DNA of 64,000 nt from Carcharhinus amblyrhynchos (GCA_965287045.1 OZ336883.1:20584001-20648000); one strand, 5' to 3'. Shown: positions 36,851-50,800, counted from the first letter of the stretch. Numbers and translations are program-made. Notes: generated from the sequence alone by a model not told the origin.

Positions 36851-38516
36851 AAGTTTAGAATTGACTGAACTCCCAGTTACTCCCTTCTCCTAACACATGG
36901 CTTTTTAAAAAAAATTAATTTACAGGTTGTGTCCAATACTGGCTGGCCCAGTGTTTATTCCTCATCCCTAACTGCCCTCCATTTCAGAGGGCAATTGAGA
37001 GTCAACCACAATGCTATGGATCTGGAGTCACATGTCGGCCAGTCCAAGTGAGGATGGTAGACATCAATGAACCAGATGGGTTTTTGCAACAATGGTTTCA
37101 TGGTCACCCAGATTTTTATTGAATTCAAATTTCACCAGTTGCTGTGATTGGATTTGAACCCTGGTCCCCAGATTTTGCCCTGGATCTCTAGTGAGGTGAC
37201 AATGCCACAACACCACAGTCTGCCTGCTCCCAGACATACAATAGCTTTCAGGTTAATGGATCCCTTTATCACACACAAAAAAACAAACTGTTTCTATCCA
37301 AATGTTCTATTTTTAGAAGATCTTGTTTGTATTTTTTTTAAAAATGAATCGGGAAGGAATCCCCAATGTGTTGAATCAACACTATGCAATGTATATATAC
37401 AGATGCTTCAGAATCCTGTGGTAAACATCTTGGCAATATAACACACAATCTTAATTTCATAGAACAGATTGGCTCAAGAAAAATCATCTAGTGTTGCCCC
37501 CTCTGTGACTTCTGAGGTAACATTGGTGTTTTCAACCTATGACTCATCAGCTAAAGCATTTTTTCTCCCATCATCGCACTGCACTCCCTAAAAAGCATTT
37601 CTTCTGGACAGCACAAGGACTTCATTTTTCTCGGTTGGGCAGGCAGCTAGATTTCTGCTGTTATGGATTAGTTCTTGAAGATGTCTGATAAACAAATATG
37701 ATTCATTTCACATGGCACAAAGCCTAGAATGCAATGGATCATTGAAATAATTAACTGTCCGTTTATAAAGATTGCCCTTAGTCTCAGAACAATGCCAGTG
37801 CATAACTAACCAAATGTACTCTGTGGTTTTATTCCACCAGAAAAAGACATCAAACACACCTTCAGCACAGCCTGCCTTCCCAATACCTTTATTCACAATC
37901 AGACTCTAAAAAGTAATCTAATTCAGCTTCTGAATTAATGCAAACAAAATAATAGATTTTAAGCATGCAAAAAACAGTCATATTGTCAGCAAATGGATGA
38001 ATTTCAATGAGATATGATACAGACTGTCTTCTTTTAAAGACATGATTACATTATTAAAGGGCAAAAGAATAAACCACTGCGCAATTCAAAGCCTATTCTG
38101 AAAGACTTTGATGCAAAGATAACGTGTGAGATTTTATGTGCTATTTTTGAATAGAGGTTACTTCAATGGGACTGTGCTTATGCATTCATGATGGGTGAAA
38201 AGCAGCCACTGGTGCAATGGAAATATCTTCTCTATGGAAACCTTTCATTGTTACCACCTAAACATCTGATCCTTTTGTGAGCATAATGGCTTTTAAAGCA
38301 TTCAGCCAAACCAGCGGCACCACTTACTTGTCATTCTTTGGCCAATGGAATCAAATTTTCTTTTGAAATGGGGCAAGCTGAACTTTATCTCTCCTTATAG
38401 ACCTCTTGTTTCTGAACCTTAAGAGAAATGGATACAAAGCTCCAATCCATTACTTAAACACATAAACTAAGTTCATCCTCCAGCTAGAAAATGACGTATC
38501 TTTTCCTGTTCCTGCA

Positions 38517-38827
38517 CTGTTACCCCTGGTGTCCCCAAGGCTGTTACCCCTGGTGTCCCCAAGGCTGTTACCCCTGGTGTCCCCAAGGCTGTTACCCTGG
38601 TGTCCCCAGCATTGTTACCCCTTGTGTCTGCAAGGCTGTTACTCCTGGTGTACCCAAGGTTGATACCCCTGGTGTCCCCATGATTGTTACCCCTTGTGTC
38701 TGCAAGGCTGTTACCCCTGGTGTCCCCAGAGCTGTTACCCCTGGTGTCCTCAAGGCTGTTATCCCTTGTGTCCCCAACGCTGTTATCCCTGATGTCTCCA
38801 AGGCTGTTACCCTTGGTGTCTCCAAGG
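38517..38827 (+). repeat. 24-bp minisatellite (CTGTTACCCCTGGTGTCCCCAAGG), about 13 copies
   Basis: Directly visible tandem units. Confidence 0.92.
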
Positions 38828-39315
38828 ATCTATCCTTGGCGCCCTCTCATTTCCCATCTACATGTTGTCCCTCGGTAACAGCATTTGAAAGCACAGTGTT
38901 AGTTTTCACATGTATGCTGATGACCTCCAGCTCTACCTCAACATTACCCATTGACTCCTCCACTGTTGCTAAATTAAGAGACTACTTATCTGATATCCAC
39001 TTCTGGATAAGCAAAACTTTCTTCCAAATAAACACTGGGAAAACTGAAGCCATTGTTTTTGGAACCTGCTCCAAGCTCAGTTCCCTAACAATCGACTCCA
39101 GCTCTTTCCCTTGCAACAGTCTGAGATTAAGCTAATCTGTTTGTACACTTGTTGTCACACTTGATCCCATGATGAGTTTCTATCCTCGTTTTAATGCCAT
39201 CACTGAGACCGTCAATTTCTATCTCCATAACATCACCTGCTTTTGCCCCTGTCTCAGCCTATGTTTTGCTGAAGCCCTCATTCATGTCTTTGTTATTTCT
39301 CAACTCAACTATTCA
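38800..39315 (+). mobile_element. L2 LINE RT fragment
   Basis: Frameshifted GV-QGSILG, FHMYADDLQLYL and INTGKTEAIVFG motifs. Confidence 0.8.
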
Positions 39316-40519
39316 TTGTGTTAGGACTGTGGTGGGTCTCGGGGAAGCCACTGTGTGTGTGTGCATGTGTGTGCATGTGTGTGCATGTGTGTGCATGTGC
39401 GTGTGTGCGTAAAGATCAGTTTAATACATGGTAGGTCCATTCAAAAGTCTGATGGCAGCGGGGAAGAAGTTGTTCTTGAGTCAGTTTATATGTGTTCTCA
39501 GTCTTTTGTATCTTTTTCCCGATGGAAGAAGATATAAGATAAAATGACGACACTCCTGAGTTCTGATTCCTGGCTCTTAGACCATCTTCTGAGAGATAAT
39601 CTTGACACAATAAAGTGAATTCCAGAACAAAGGACGGCCATACAGAAAGGATGACATTAACTTAAACTGAAGTGGTCATTGCAGAGGACATTGTTTGTTG
39701 GAACGTAGACATCGCTGGCAAAGCTCCTATTCATTGTCCATTCCTGGTTACCCTTGAGAAGGGGGTGCTGGTGAACCCTATCAGTGAACTGTTGTAGCAC
39801 ATGTGGTGAACGTACTGTTACAATTTCCTACATTTGACTTCAAAAGTGCCTCATTGGGTGCCTCATACTTTAAGGCATACTGAGATTGTGCAAGGCGCTA
39901 TATGAATATAATTTTTTTTATGCTGTTAGGCAACAAGTTCTAGGCTTTGAAAATGGCAACAATAAAGAGATGGCAACATATGTCCAAGTTCTGATGGCTG
40001 AATTAACAGTGAGAGCAACCTAAGCTAATGTGTGGTGGTGGGGGGGCAGGGGGGGAGGGGGGGCACAAAACTTCTGTTTGAGATGAAAGAGGGAGAATAG
40101 GATTGGTAAAGAATATTGAGAATAAGGAGAGAAAACATTACCAGGAGATTGATGGAAGGGAAGATATGAGATAGTGAGAGATAAAAATAAAGGGGTAAAG
40201 GATATCAAAGAATTAAATCAGAAAAACAGAAAAGAAGGCTAATGGTCCATGTTCCAAAAATTGGAGTAGGGATTAGATGGTATATTTGTGAATGCACAAA
40301 GAATTCAAACTAAAATTGGAGAGTTAGAAGCATTAATGTCCCTGCGGGTACTGTCATTAGCAATTATATTTGGACAGGTTTCCTTTCCTCAGGCTCTGAC
40401 TCCAATAGCGATTAGTATCCCACTGGCCAAATTAATGCCAATTATCACGGCAGAAAGGATTGATACATTTTTGGCGTTCGGTTCAGAGAATCACTGGCTG
40501 TGGAGTGGCGGTTTCTCAA

Positions 40520-41075
40520 TATGAAAACTGCTTTGGTGAGAGTTTTGGACCCCATATCTAAGGAAGAATGTGTTGACCTTGGGAAAGGGTCCAGTGGAGG
40601 TTCACAAGAATGATCCCTGGAATGAAGAGCTTGTCGTATGAAGAGTGGTTGAGGACTCTGGGTCTGAACTCGTTGGAGTTTAGAAGGACGAGGAGGCATC
40701 TTATTAAAACCTACAGGATACTGCGAGGCCTGGATAGAGTGGACGTGGAGAGGACATTTCCATTAGTAGGAAAAACTAGAACCAGAGGGCACAACCTCAG
40801 GCTAAAGGGATGATCCTTTAAAACAGAGATGGGGAGGAATTTCTTCAGCCAGAGATTGGTGAATCTGTAGGACTCTTTGCTGCAGAAGGATGTGGAGGCC
40901 AGGTCATTGAGTGTCTTTAAGGCAGAGATAGATAGGTTTTGATTAATAAAGGGATCGGGGTTATGGGGAAAAGGCGGGGGAATGGGGATGAGAAAAATAT
41001 TGAATGGCAGAGCAGACTCAATGGGCCAAGTGGCCTAATTCTGCTCCTATGTCTTTTGATCTTATGGTCTTTTAT
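40520..41075 (+). mobile_element. CR1 3' fragment
   Basis: MIPGMKSLSYEE..LEFRR..TRGHNLRLKG and tail. Confidence 0.88.
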
Positions 41076-41899
41076 GAACATTTCAGACTTCCAACTTAAC
41101 ATATTTTATTTATGTCCCAATTTTTTTGCTGTGTGACATTTGGCCTCTTTGGAATTGTGCCGATAATGTATTGCAGAAACCAGCAAGTATCAACAGTATT
41201 CACAAATTCATGGCACAAATATCAATGACATCTAACCAAACAGTATTTTAATTCAACACAAACTGGGCATGCAGTTTTATTGAATCTCAGTGTCTCAATG
41301 AGATTAAAATATTGTCTTACTGTGCAGCGTTCATAGCTTGCGATGGAAAGATATAGAATGTATTAAAATGTTAAGAAAGGTTTTCTCCCAGCGGAATTGA
41401 CAATAAATTATCCTCTTCAACATCTTGCACAGAGAACAGCGCATCTACCACTCACTCTGCTCGTACAGCAGAAGGCGCAGAAATACAATACTGTGCAAGA
41501 CTGTTAGTGTCTGCAGGAAATTAATCATTCTGTGTTCAGTCTATCTACTCAGTGATGGGAGTAATAAAAAGGGAACATGAAACACTGGGCCCCATGATTA
41601 ACTGTAGGTTGACATGGGGTGGGGGAGGGTGATTTTAACTGCATGCTTTTGAAATATCAGCTATTTAGCCCAGTGCATAAGTGGCTAGGCTTACCCAGTG
41701 AGAATTGGTACCAGGATTGGTGCCAGAAGGTGCATTTACACAAGATCCCTTGCGAGCTGAGCAGGATCAAGTGTTCCTCCAGGTCCTACCAAGCAGCTTT
41801 ATCCTATCCCAGCCGAAATCCAGTAAATTAGATGCTTCTTATGTTGTCTTTCTCCCGGGTCTCACCCCTGTCCAGATGTCACATCCTGCTTATCCCCTT

Positions 41900-42057
41900 G
41901 GTGCAGCTATGAGGGAGTCCAGACGAAGGGTCATCCAGACTCGAAACACTGGCTCTCTTCTCTCTTCACAGATGCTGTCAGACCCACTGAGATTTTCCAG
42001 CATTTTCTGTTTTTGTTTCAGATTCCAGCATCCGCAGCCTTTTGCTTTTATTTTATG
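41900..42057 (+). mobile_element. Penelope-like terminal fragment with hammerhead-like motif (41915-41955)
   Basis: GAGTC CAGACGA AGGGTC ATCCA GACTC GAAA CACT GGCTC followed by AGATGCTGTCAGACC. Confidence 0.7.
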
Positions 42058-42654
42058 AGGAAGTCCTCCCTCTCATCTATCATTTTCTCTTAAGCAGTGT
42101 AAGTAAGTCTGGGTGCCAGCATTTAGTGTAACCCAACCATTTCTCAGTCAACGTAAGCTGTGTCCATTGTAATGAAAGGTCAAAATTATGTTACTTGTGT
42201 ATATGGGCTGGATTTTATGTGTCCCACCAGGGGTATTTTCGACAGAGGTGAGTGGGGGCACATAAAATAGGGTGGTTACCTTGCCACCCGTAAGTTCACC
42301 TCTATAATAGGGTAGGTGGACAGATATGTGCCTGCTGTAATTAAATAAACAATCATTAATTGATCGAGCTTGGTAATGAGCTAATTGACTCTAATTGACT
42401 CTACCCACACAATAAGACAGTTGGTGTGGACAGTCAGGCGACAGTAAGCAGGCCATTTTTGTTTTGAAAGGGCAGGAAGGAAGTGGGGATACAATCTTCA
42501 AAGGGTGCCCTTTGTGCATTGGGGGCATCCCCGTCTAAGACAGTACTTCCCCCCTTTCTTCCTACCAGCCTACCCTCCTAAACCTACCACCCAACCCCAA
42601 CCCCCCTTCTGCTAGGCAGCGCATGAATGTATTTGATTGAATAATATTATAGCA

Positions 42655-42995
42655 GGGCGGCAGGTGGCACAGTGGTTAGCATTGCTGCCTCACAGCTCCA
42701 GGGATCCTGGTACCATTCCCGGTTTGTGTCACTGTCTGCGTGGAGTTTGCATGTTCTTCCCGTGTCTGCGTGTGTTTCCTCCGGGTACTCCGGTTTCTTC
42801 TCACACTCCAAGGATGTGCAGGTTAGGTGGACTGGCTGTGTTAAATTGCCTCTTGGTGTCCCAAGATGTGTAGTTTAGAGGAGTTAGCTGGTTAAATATA
42901 TGGGGTTACAGGGATAGGGCCTGGGTAAGATACAACGGTGGGTCGGTGCACATTCGATGGGCCAAATTCCTTTTGTATTGTGGGATCCTTTGATT
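42655..42995 (+). mobile_element. HE1-type V-SINE
   Basis: Head, core and tail. Confidence 0.85.
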
Positions 42996-43059
42996 CCAAA
43001 ATGTGTTATCAATAGTGTATCCACAAGACAGTGCAGAGAAACAAGTTTTTCATCAAATA

Positions 43060-43885
43060 ATATAGCACAAGTGGAGGCCATTTGGTCCATTAAGTCTATG
43101 TTGGCTCTATCAAAGAGCAATCTAGTTAGTCCCACTCTTTGATTCTTTCCCTTTATCCCCGCAATTATTTTCTCCTTCACGTATTTGTCCAATTCTCTTG
43201 AGCAGGCAATCACTGAATCTGTTTCCACCACCCTCGCATATAGTGATTTCCAAATCCCAGCCACTTGTTAAAAGTGATCGAGTTATAATGCAGCTATCTG
43301 CTTGTCATAGAGTTATAGAAGTTTATATCATTGAAACAGGCCCTTTGGCCCAGTTTGTCCATGCTGCCTTTTTTTTAACCACTAAGCTGGTCCCAGTTGC
43401 CCACATTTGGCCCATACCCCTCTATACCCATCTTACCCATGTAACTGTCTAAATGTTTTTTAAAAGACAAATTTGTACCCGCCTCTACTACTACCTCTGG
43501 CAGCTTGTTCCAGACACTCACCACCCTCTGTGTGAACAAATTGTCCCTCTGGATCCTTTAGTATCTCTCACCTCTCACTTTAAACCTATGCCCTCTAGTT
43601 TTAGACTCCCCTACTTTGGGGTAAAGATGTTGACTATCTAGCTGACCTATGCCCCTCATTATTTTATAGACCTCTGTAAGATCACCCCTAAGCCTCCTAC
43701 ACTCCAGGGGAAAAAAATCCCTGTCTATCCAGCCTCTCCTTATAACTCAAACCATCAAGTCCCAGTAGCATCCTAGTAAATCTTTTCTGCACTCTTTCTA
43801 GTTTAATAATATCCTTTGTATAATAGGGTGACCAGAATTCCAAGTGTGGCCTTACTGGTGACTTGTACAACTTCAACAAGACATT
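43060..43885 (-). mobile_element. CR1 3' fragments (43305-43885 and 43060-43260)
   Basis: LKLYKSPVRPHLE..LERVQKRFTRML. Confidence 0.85.
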
Positions 43886-44714
43886 AGTTATTCCCCTTCT
43901 ATAGGAATAGCAATCAAAGCAAACAATTCACTCAGAGATATGCTTGATTGGGAAATGCACTGGGGTTTTGAATGGGCCATTGTCCCATCTTCAGACAAGC
44001 AGCCAATACTTCTAACCTTGCCCTCTCTTCCAGGGAACACCTGCATGCTAAAAATAATTGAGCAGTGGATTTGGGAACGGGTCTCCCAGTCAGGAAAACT
44101 AATGAGCCACACAAAGCTCTTTTAATGTACCAGCCTGTCAGCCCACGCAAAGTAAATTTGCTTTAACGACCTGTGTAAATACAGGAGCCACCTTTCAGTT
44201 TCAAACTGAAATGTGCACGTCACGGATTCACAGGGCATCGCTCAAGAGCAGCTGAAAGAAAAATCTGTCCTTACTGCGTAGCAATCAACAGGGGAGTGAT
44301 CATTTCCAAAGAATTAACAATCAGGGACTTTATCAGTTTGTGTAAGGTGCTCTGCAAGGCACAGCTGGTGGGGCCAGGGTGATGGGAAATGAAGCGGGAT
44401 CACAACTGTGTCTCTGAGTGGAGCAGATCTTTTTTATTGGAAGTACAGCAGAGGGTTGTAATTTGATGTGGAAAGTGGGCACATATTTTATCCTCTATTG
44501 AGCGAAAAATTTAGAACAGTAAATGGAGCCTAGTTAATGAAGATGCAATGCACAACTACTGCACAGCAGCCGTGAGTTCACTTCAGGAGTAAATTTGGTT
44601 TGTTATGTTTTTTTAAAAATAATTTACAGGATGTGGGCGTCACTGAATGGCCAGCATTTATTGTCCACTCCTAGTTGTTTTGAGATGGCGGTAGTGAGCT
44701 GCCAACTTCCAGAT

Positions 44715-45140
44715 GCACCATAGGAAGCATTCTTTTCGGTTGTATCACAGCCTGGTATAGCTCCTGCTCTGACCGCAATAAAATACAGAAGATCATGAAC
44801 GAAGTCCAGTCTATCACTCAAACCAGCCTCTCATCCATTGACATTGTCTATACTTCCCACTGCCTTGGAAAAGCAGCCAGCATAATCAAGGATTCCACGC
44901 ACCCCGGACATTCTTTCTTCTACCTTCTTCTATCGGGAAAAACGTACAACAGTCTGAGGTCACATACCAACTGACTCAAATACAGCTTCCTCTTTGCTGC
45001 CGTCAGACTTTTGAACAGACACCTCGCATTAAGTTGATCTTTCTCTACACCTACCTATGACTGTTTTGTCTGTGTAGCACAAGAAACAATACTTTTCACT
45101 GTCTAGTAACACGTGTGACAATAATCAATCAAATCAAATG
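44715..45140 (+). mobile_element. Rex1/Babar-like LINE 3' fragment
   Basis: GCITAWY..KAASIIKD motifs; tail GTGACAATAATCAATCAAATCAAA; also at 53000-53540 and 59025-59365. Confidence 0.75.
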
Positions 45141-45417
45141 TTGAATTACTGCTGTCCCTGAGGCGTAGGTACATCCACAGTGCTGTTAGGGAGGGAGTTC
45201 CAGGAATTGGCCTAACATAAGTGCGCTAACTGTTACATATTTCACAGGAAAATCATTCCATTTAATCACACCCCTTTGTGCATTGGCAATGTCTATAACA
45301 TTTCATTCTGCCCTCACTGAGAAACCTGGGATTTGTCTTTAAGAGTTTTCCAGAGCTAACTTTCTGTAAGCTAAATACAAGGGCTCAAATCTCCAGCCAA
45401 CTACAACTTCAGAATGG

Positions 45418-46220
45418 ATGGCACAGGGGCAGAGAAGTTAGCACTGCTGCCTTACGGATCCAGGGATCCGGGAACTGGTTAACTGTCTGTGTGGAGTTTG
45501 CACGTTCTCCTTGTGTCTGCATGAGTTTCCCCTGGGTGCTCTAGTTTCTTCCCACTGTCCAAACATGTGCATGTTAGGTGGATTGCCCATAGTAAATGTG
45601 CAGGGTTACAGAGATAGAGCGGGGTGGGGGCATGGGTAAAATGCTCTTCCAGAGAGTTGGTGCAGACTCGATGGTCTCCTTCTGCATTAGTAGGGATTCT
45701 ATGGAATGAATAGTGTCCTTTCACAAGGGATCTGCGTGAAATTCCCCAGTCTAATCTCAAAGCATTTCAAAGTCAGACAGAAGTGCCTTTGTAGATTGGA
45801 GCCTTAGACAGCTGCATAAAGCACTTGGGGTGAATGGGATTAAAGGTTATGGGGAGAAAGCTGGATTAGGCCATTGAGTTGGACAATCAGCCATGATCGT
45901 GATGAATAGCGGAGCAGGCTCGAAGCACCAAATGGCCTCCTCCTGCTCCTATCTTCTATATTTCTATGTTTCTAAGACCTTTACAGCAGTACTTTGATTG
46001 TCCACAAGAGGCACTCCAGCTGAAACATAGAAGCGTACAAACTAGAAGCAGGAATAGGCCATTTGGCCCTTCGAGCCTGCCCCGCCATTCATTTTGGTCA
46101 TGGCTGATCATCGAATTCAATATCCTGATTCCCCCCTATTCCCCCACATATCCCTTAATCCCAAGAGCTGTGGCTAATTTCTCCTTGAAATCAGACAATG
46201 TTTTGGCCTCAGTTACGTTG
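45418..46220. mobile_element. V-SINE (45418-45705 +) and CR1 3' ends (45828-45972 +, 46025-46220 -)
   Basis: Recognisable core and tails. Confidence 0.75.
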
Positions 46221-46831
46221 TGTAAAATCCACACGTTCTTTCTGAGGTCATCAATTTGAAGAGTTTTCCCCTCTCATTTCCAGTTCCAGGTGTTAGGGGT
46301 TTTACCGAGTCGGGGGACAAACAGAAAACAGATTGAAAGGTGATGGTTGACTGGCTGAGGACTGAGCACCAGGATCTGACAGAAACACACCAGAGGGACT
46401 TGTCATATATTTAGCCCAGTTGGCTGCTCCTTTTTAGCATGCGGAGATGTACAAGCTGCTGGCTATTCTTCTGTTTAAAAAAAAAACATCCTGAAAGCAG
46501 TCAAACAAACAGCAATGAATTGTTTCTATTGCCTTACAGCACAGAATAAGGCAAACAACATGTACAAATATCATAAACTGTCTTCACACGACGAATAACT
46601 AATATATTCACCATGCAAAACCGACCGCATTTCTCCTTGAAAATCCTCTTCCTGTGAATCAAACCAAAAATATGAACGAGCTTAATTCCAGTCGCTTCCT
46701 TGCAGGAATAGCAACTGTTCGACAATAGTTAGGCATGAGTCCTGAATCAGTGAGATTGCTGCTGGGTGGGTAATGTGGTTAGAGTACATTCAGCAGCATG
46801 AGTGGCTGTCGGTGCAGGAAGGGAAAAACAT

Positions 46832-47757
46832 ATTATTTGTTAGTCGCAAGTAAGGCTTACATTAACACTACAATTTAAGTTACTGTGAAATTCCCCGAGT
46901 CGCCACACTCCAGTGCTTGTTTGGGTACACTGAGGGAAAATTTAGCACGGCCACTGCATCTAACCAGCACATCTTTCAGATTGTGGGAGGAAACCAGGGC
47001 ACCCGGAGGAAATCCACAGAGAGGTTCCACGCTGATAGTGACCCAAGCGGGAATTGAACCCGGGTCCCTGGCCCTGTGAGGCAGCAGTGCTAACCGCTGC
47101 TGCCCAAGATTGCTGATCATTCATTGGAATTGTTTGGTTATACCCTAACACTTACATGGCATGAATTTTACCTGCTGCATGCCAGCCATGCTGTGGGGAA
47201 CAGATGGAGGGACATTACGGGACAGGATGTTCTGGTCATTCACGCCGGCGGGATTCTCTGGGCCCGCTGCGGTCAGCGGAGATTTGGCTGAGCACCAAAT
47301 TCTCCATCCTCGCTTGCAGCGACAGCAGAGCACAAACTGCTGGAAAATTTCTGGTCGTGGGGCATACCCGGACAGAAGATCCCACGTGAGATTCACAATG
47401 AATGACTAAGATATTTTGACGCAATCGCTTCAGGCTTAGAATCATAGAATCCTGCGGGGCAGAAGGAGGCCATTCAGCCCATCAGATTTGCAGCGCCAAC
47501 AATCCCACCCAGGCCCTATCCCCGTAACCCCGCATAATTACCCTGCTAATCCCCCTTACACTAAAGGTCAATTTAGCATGGTCAATCCACCTAACCTGCA
47601 CATCTTTGGAATGGGGGAGGGAACTGGAGCACCTGGAGGAAACCCACGCAGACACGGGGAGAACATGCAAACTCCACACAGACAGTGACCTGAGGCTGGA
47701 ATGGAACACGGGTCCCTGATGCTGCGTGGCAGCAATGCTAACCACTGTGCCACCATG
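46832..47757 (-). mobile_element. Two V-SINEs (46832-47105 alternative tail; 47438-47757 CR1-type tail)
   Basis: Head, core and tail in each. Confidence 0.85.
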
Positions 47758-48141
47758 ACTTACGGGAAGCAAATTTAATGATAGTTGCTGGAAAATCCAA
47801 ATGTTGGTGTTTGTGAAACAGGGGAACTCAAAAAGAATAGAGGGGAACAGAGGGGACATTATAAGCAGAATTATTTTGGTACCCAGCAGGGATGTGGAGG
47901 CAGAGTTGGAAGTGGATAGTGAAGGCTCTCCTATTCTGACCTCTGTTCACAATGTGGTTTTTTAAGACTGTGCAATTGGTAAGCCGTTGGTTAACCACTC
48001 AGGTTGTAGAGAAGAGTCTTGAGTCAATGGCCACACTCTCACCACACTTGGAGGGATATGCTGGCAACTTGTCCAAAGGGACAATAGCAACTGAGATTTA
48101 CTCCCAGCAATAGCCTGCAGGAAGCCTGCGACCAGATTAAG

Positions 48142-50061
48142 CTGTGACCACCCCCATCAGCCTGTGACCAGAGACCACCCCCATCAGTCTGTGACCGGAG
48201 ACCACCCCCATCAGCCTGTGACCAGAGACCACCCCCATCAGCCTGTAACTAGAGACCACCCCCATCAGCCTGTAACCGGAGACCACCCCCATCAGCCTGT
48301 GACCAGAGACCACCCCCATCAGCCTGTGATCAGAGACCACCCCCATCAGCCTGTAACCGGAGACCACCCCCATCAGCCTGTGATCAGAGACCACCCCCAT
48401 CAGCCTGTGACCAGAGACCACCCCCATCAGCCTGTAACCGGAGACCACCCCCATCAGCCTGTGACCGGAGACCACCCCCATCAGCCTGTAACCGGAGACC
48501 ACCCCCATCAGCCTGTGACCAGAGACCACCCCCATCAACCTGTGACCAGAGACCACCCCCATCAGCCTGTAACCGGAGACCACCCCCATCAACCTGTGAC
48601 CAGAGACCACCTCCATCAGCCTGTGACCAGAGACCACCCCCATCAGCCTGTGACCAGAGACCACCCCCATCAGCCTGTGACCAGAGACCACCCCCATCAA
48701 CCTGTGACCAGAGACCACCCCCATCAGCCTGTGACCAGAGACCACCCCCATCAGCCTGTGACCGGAGACCACCCCCATCAGCCTGTGACCGGAGACCACC
48801 CCCATCAACCTGTGACCAGAGACCGCCCCCATCAGCCTGTGACCAGAGACCACCCCCATCAGCCTGTGACCAGAGACCACCCCCATCAGCCTGTGACCAG
48901 AGACCACCCCCATCAGCCTGTGACCAGAGACCACCCCCATCAGCCTGTGACCAGAGACCACCCCCATCAGCCTGTGACCAGAGACCACCCCCATCAACCT
49001 GTGACCAGAGACCACCCCCATCAGCCTGTGACCAGAGACCACCCCCATCAGCCTGTAACTAGAGACCACCCCCATCAACCTGTTACCAGAGACCACCCCC
49101 ATCAGCCTGTGACCAGAGACCACCCCCATCAACCTGTGACCAGAGACCACCCCCATCAGCCTGTGACCAGAGACCACCCCCATCAGCCTGTAACTAGAGA
49201 CCACCCCCATCAGCCTGTGACCAGAGACCACCCCCATCAACCTGTGACCAGAGACCACCCCCATCAGCCTGTGACCAGAGACCACCCCCATCAGCCTGTG
49301 ACCAGAGACCACCCCCATCAGCCTGTGACCAGAGACCACCCCCATCAGCCTGTGACCAGAGACCACCCCCATCAACCTGTGACCAGAGACCACCCCCATC
49401 AGCCTGTGACCAGAGACCACCCCCATCAACCTGTGACCAGAGACCACCCCCATCAACCTGTGACCAGAGACCACCCCCATCAACCTGTGACCAGAGACCA
49501 CCCCCATCAGCCTGTGACCAGAGACCACCTCCCTCAGCCTGTGATCGGTGACCACCCCCATCAGCCTGTGACCAGAGACCACCCCCATCAGCCTATGACC
49601 AGAGACCACCCCCATCAGCCTGTGACCAGGGACCACCCCCATCAACCTGTGACCAGAGACCACCCCCATCAACCTGTGACCGGAGACCACCCCCATCAGC
49701 CTGTGACCAGAGACCACCCCCATCAGCCTGTGACCAGAGACCACCCCCATCAGCCTGTGACCAGAGACCACCCCCATCAACCTGTGATCAGAGACTACCC
49801 CCATCAGCCTGTGACCGGAGACCACCCCCATCAGCCTGTGACCAGAGACCACCCCCATCAGCCTGTGACCAGAGACCACCCCCATCAGCCTGTGACCAGA
49901 GACCACCCCCATCAACCTGTGATCAGAGACCACCCCCATCAGCCTGTGACCAGAGACCACCCCCATCAACCTGTGATCAGAGACCACCCCCATCAGCCTG
50001 TGACCAGAGACCACCCCCATCAGCCTGTGACCAGGGACCACCCCCATCAACCTGTGACCAG
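48142..50061 (+). repeat. 27-bp minisatellite (GACCAGAGACCACCCCCATCAGCCTGT), about 71 copies
   Basis: Directly visible, highly homogeneous array; explains the 667-aa and 636-aa ORFs. Confidence 0.97.
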
Positions 50062-50399
50062 CAACAACACATGATCCACATAACAAAGCCACAGCAGAAA
50101 CTTGTGAAGATAGATAGAGAAAGAATCTTGGTGGCTCCATAGTTCAGTGATGAGCCCTGCACGTTCTCCTCCAGGCTACTTGGGCAAAGCAGGAGCTCCT
50201 CTCCCCCAGGGACAGACTGCCCTCTGCCTAAATAAGTTATCCTGGATCGCAGTCACAAGAGGAGGTCAGCTGGTTAGGTCACTGGGGGAATCTGGCTGCA
50301 GTGTCACAAGTGAGTCGATGATTTTCTATAGTCTGCGAGGGTGAGTAACAAAGCTCAGTGTCCATTGGCAGGGGAGCAGCTAATGGATAAGAGTGATGT

Positions 50400-50800
50400 T
50401 GTTGCAGATACTGGAGGGGAAGAGGCTGACATGTCAATCCTATGGGTGGACATCTCTCTGGAAACGAGTGGTTGCAGCTTTGTCAGGGGACATAGATCTG
50501 CAACTGTTAACTTGCACAAGGTCACTCCAGAGTGGCTCAGTACAATGTGTATGCCATTGGCCATAGATGATGAAGCGACTATTCAAGGTGATTAGGCTTT
50601 GGGTTTGCTCCATTGAAGTCTAACATTTCCCTGATTCCTGCAGGGAGAAAGTGCCTGGGCGAGGGTCTGGACCAGTGGCCGTGCCCCGATTCTGACCACT
50701 CAGCCTCCTATGGAGGAGAAGATGTTGGAGCTGGCTGAGTATCAGACAGCTGCTCCCTCGCAGACGGTAAGGCTGGTGGGTGAGTTACTTCATCAACAAG
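50400..50800 (+). mobile_element. Possible degraded PIF/Harbinger Myb/SANT-like gene remnant
   Basis: RVWTSGRAPILTTQPPMEEKMLELAE resembles the TGGG..LTP.EE..LEL motif of Harbinger DNA-binding proteins. Confidence 0.4.

Noticed and set aside
38491-39135. 214-aa ORF with VTPGVP repeats
   Set aside because: Minisatellite plus frameshifted L2 remnant
48142-50061. CRISPR-like array
   Set aside because: Contiguous tandem units without unique spacers, in a vertebrate genome
48137-50140. 667-aa (-) and 636-aa (+) ORFs
   Set aside because: By-products of a stop-free 27-bp tandem repeat; no unique domain or exon context
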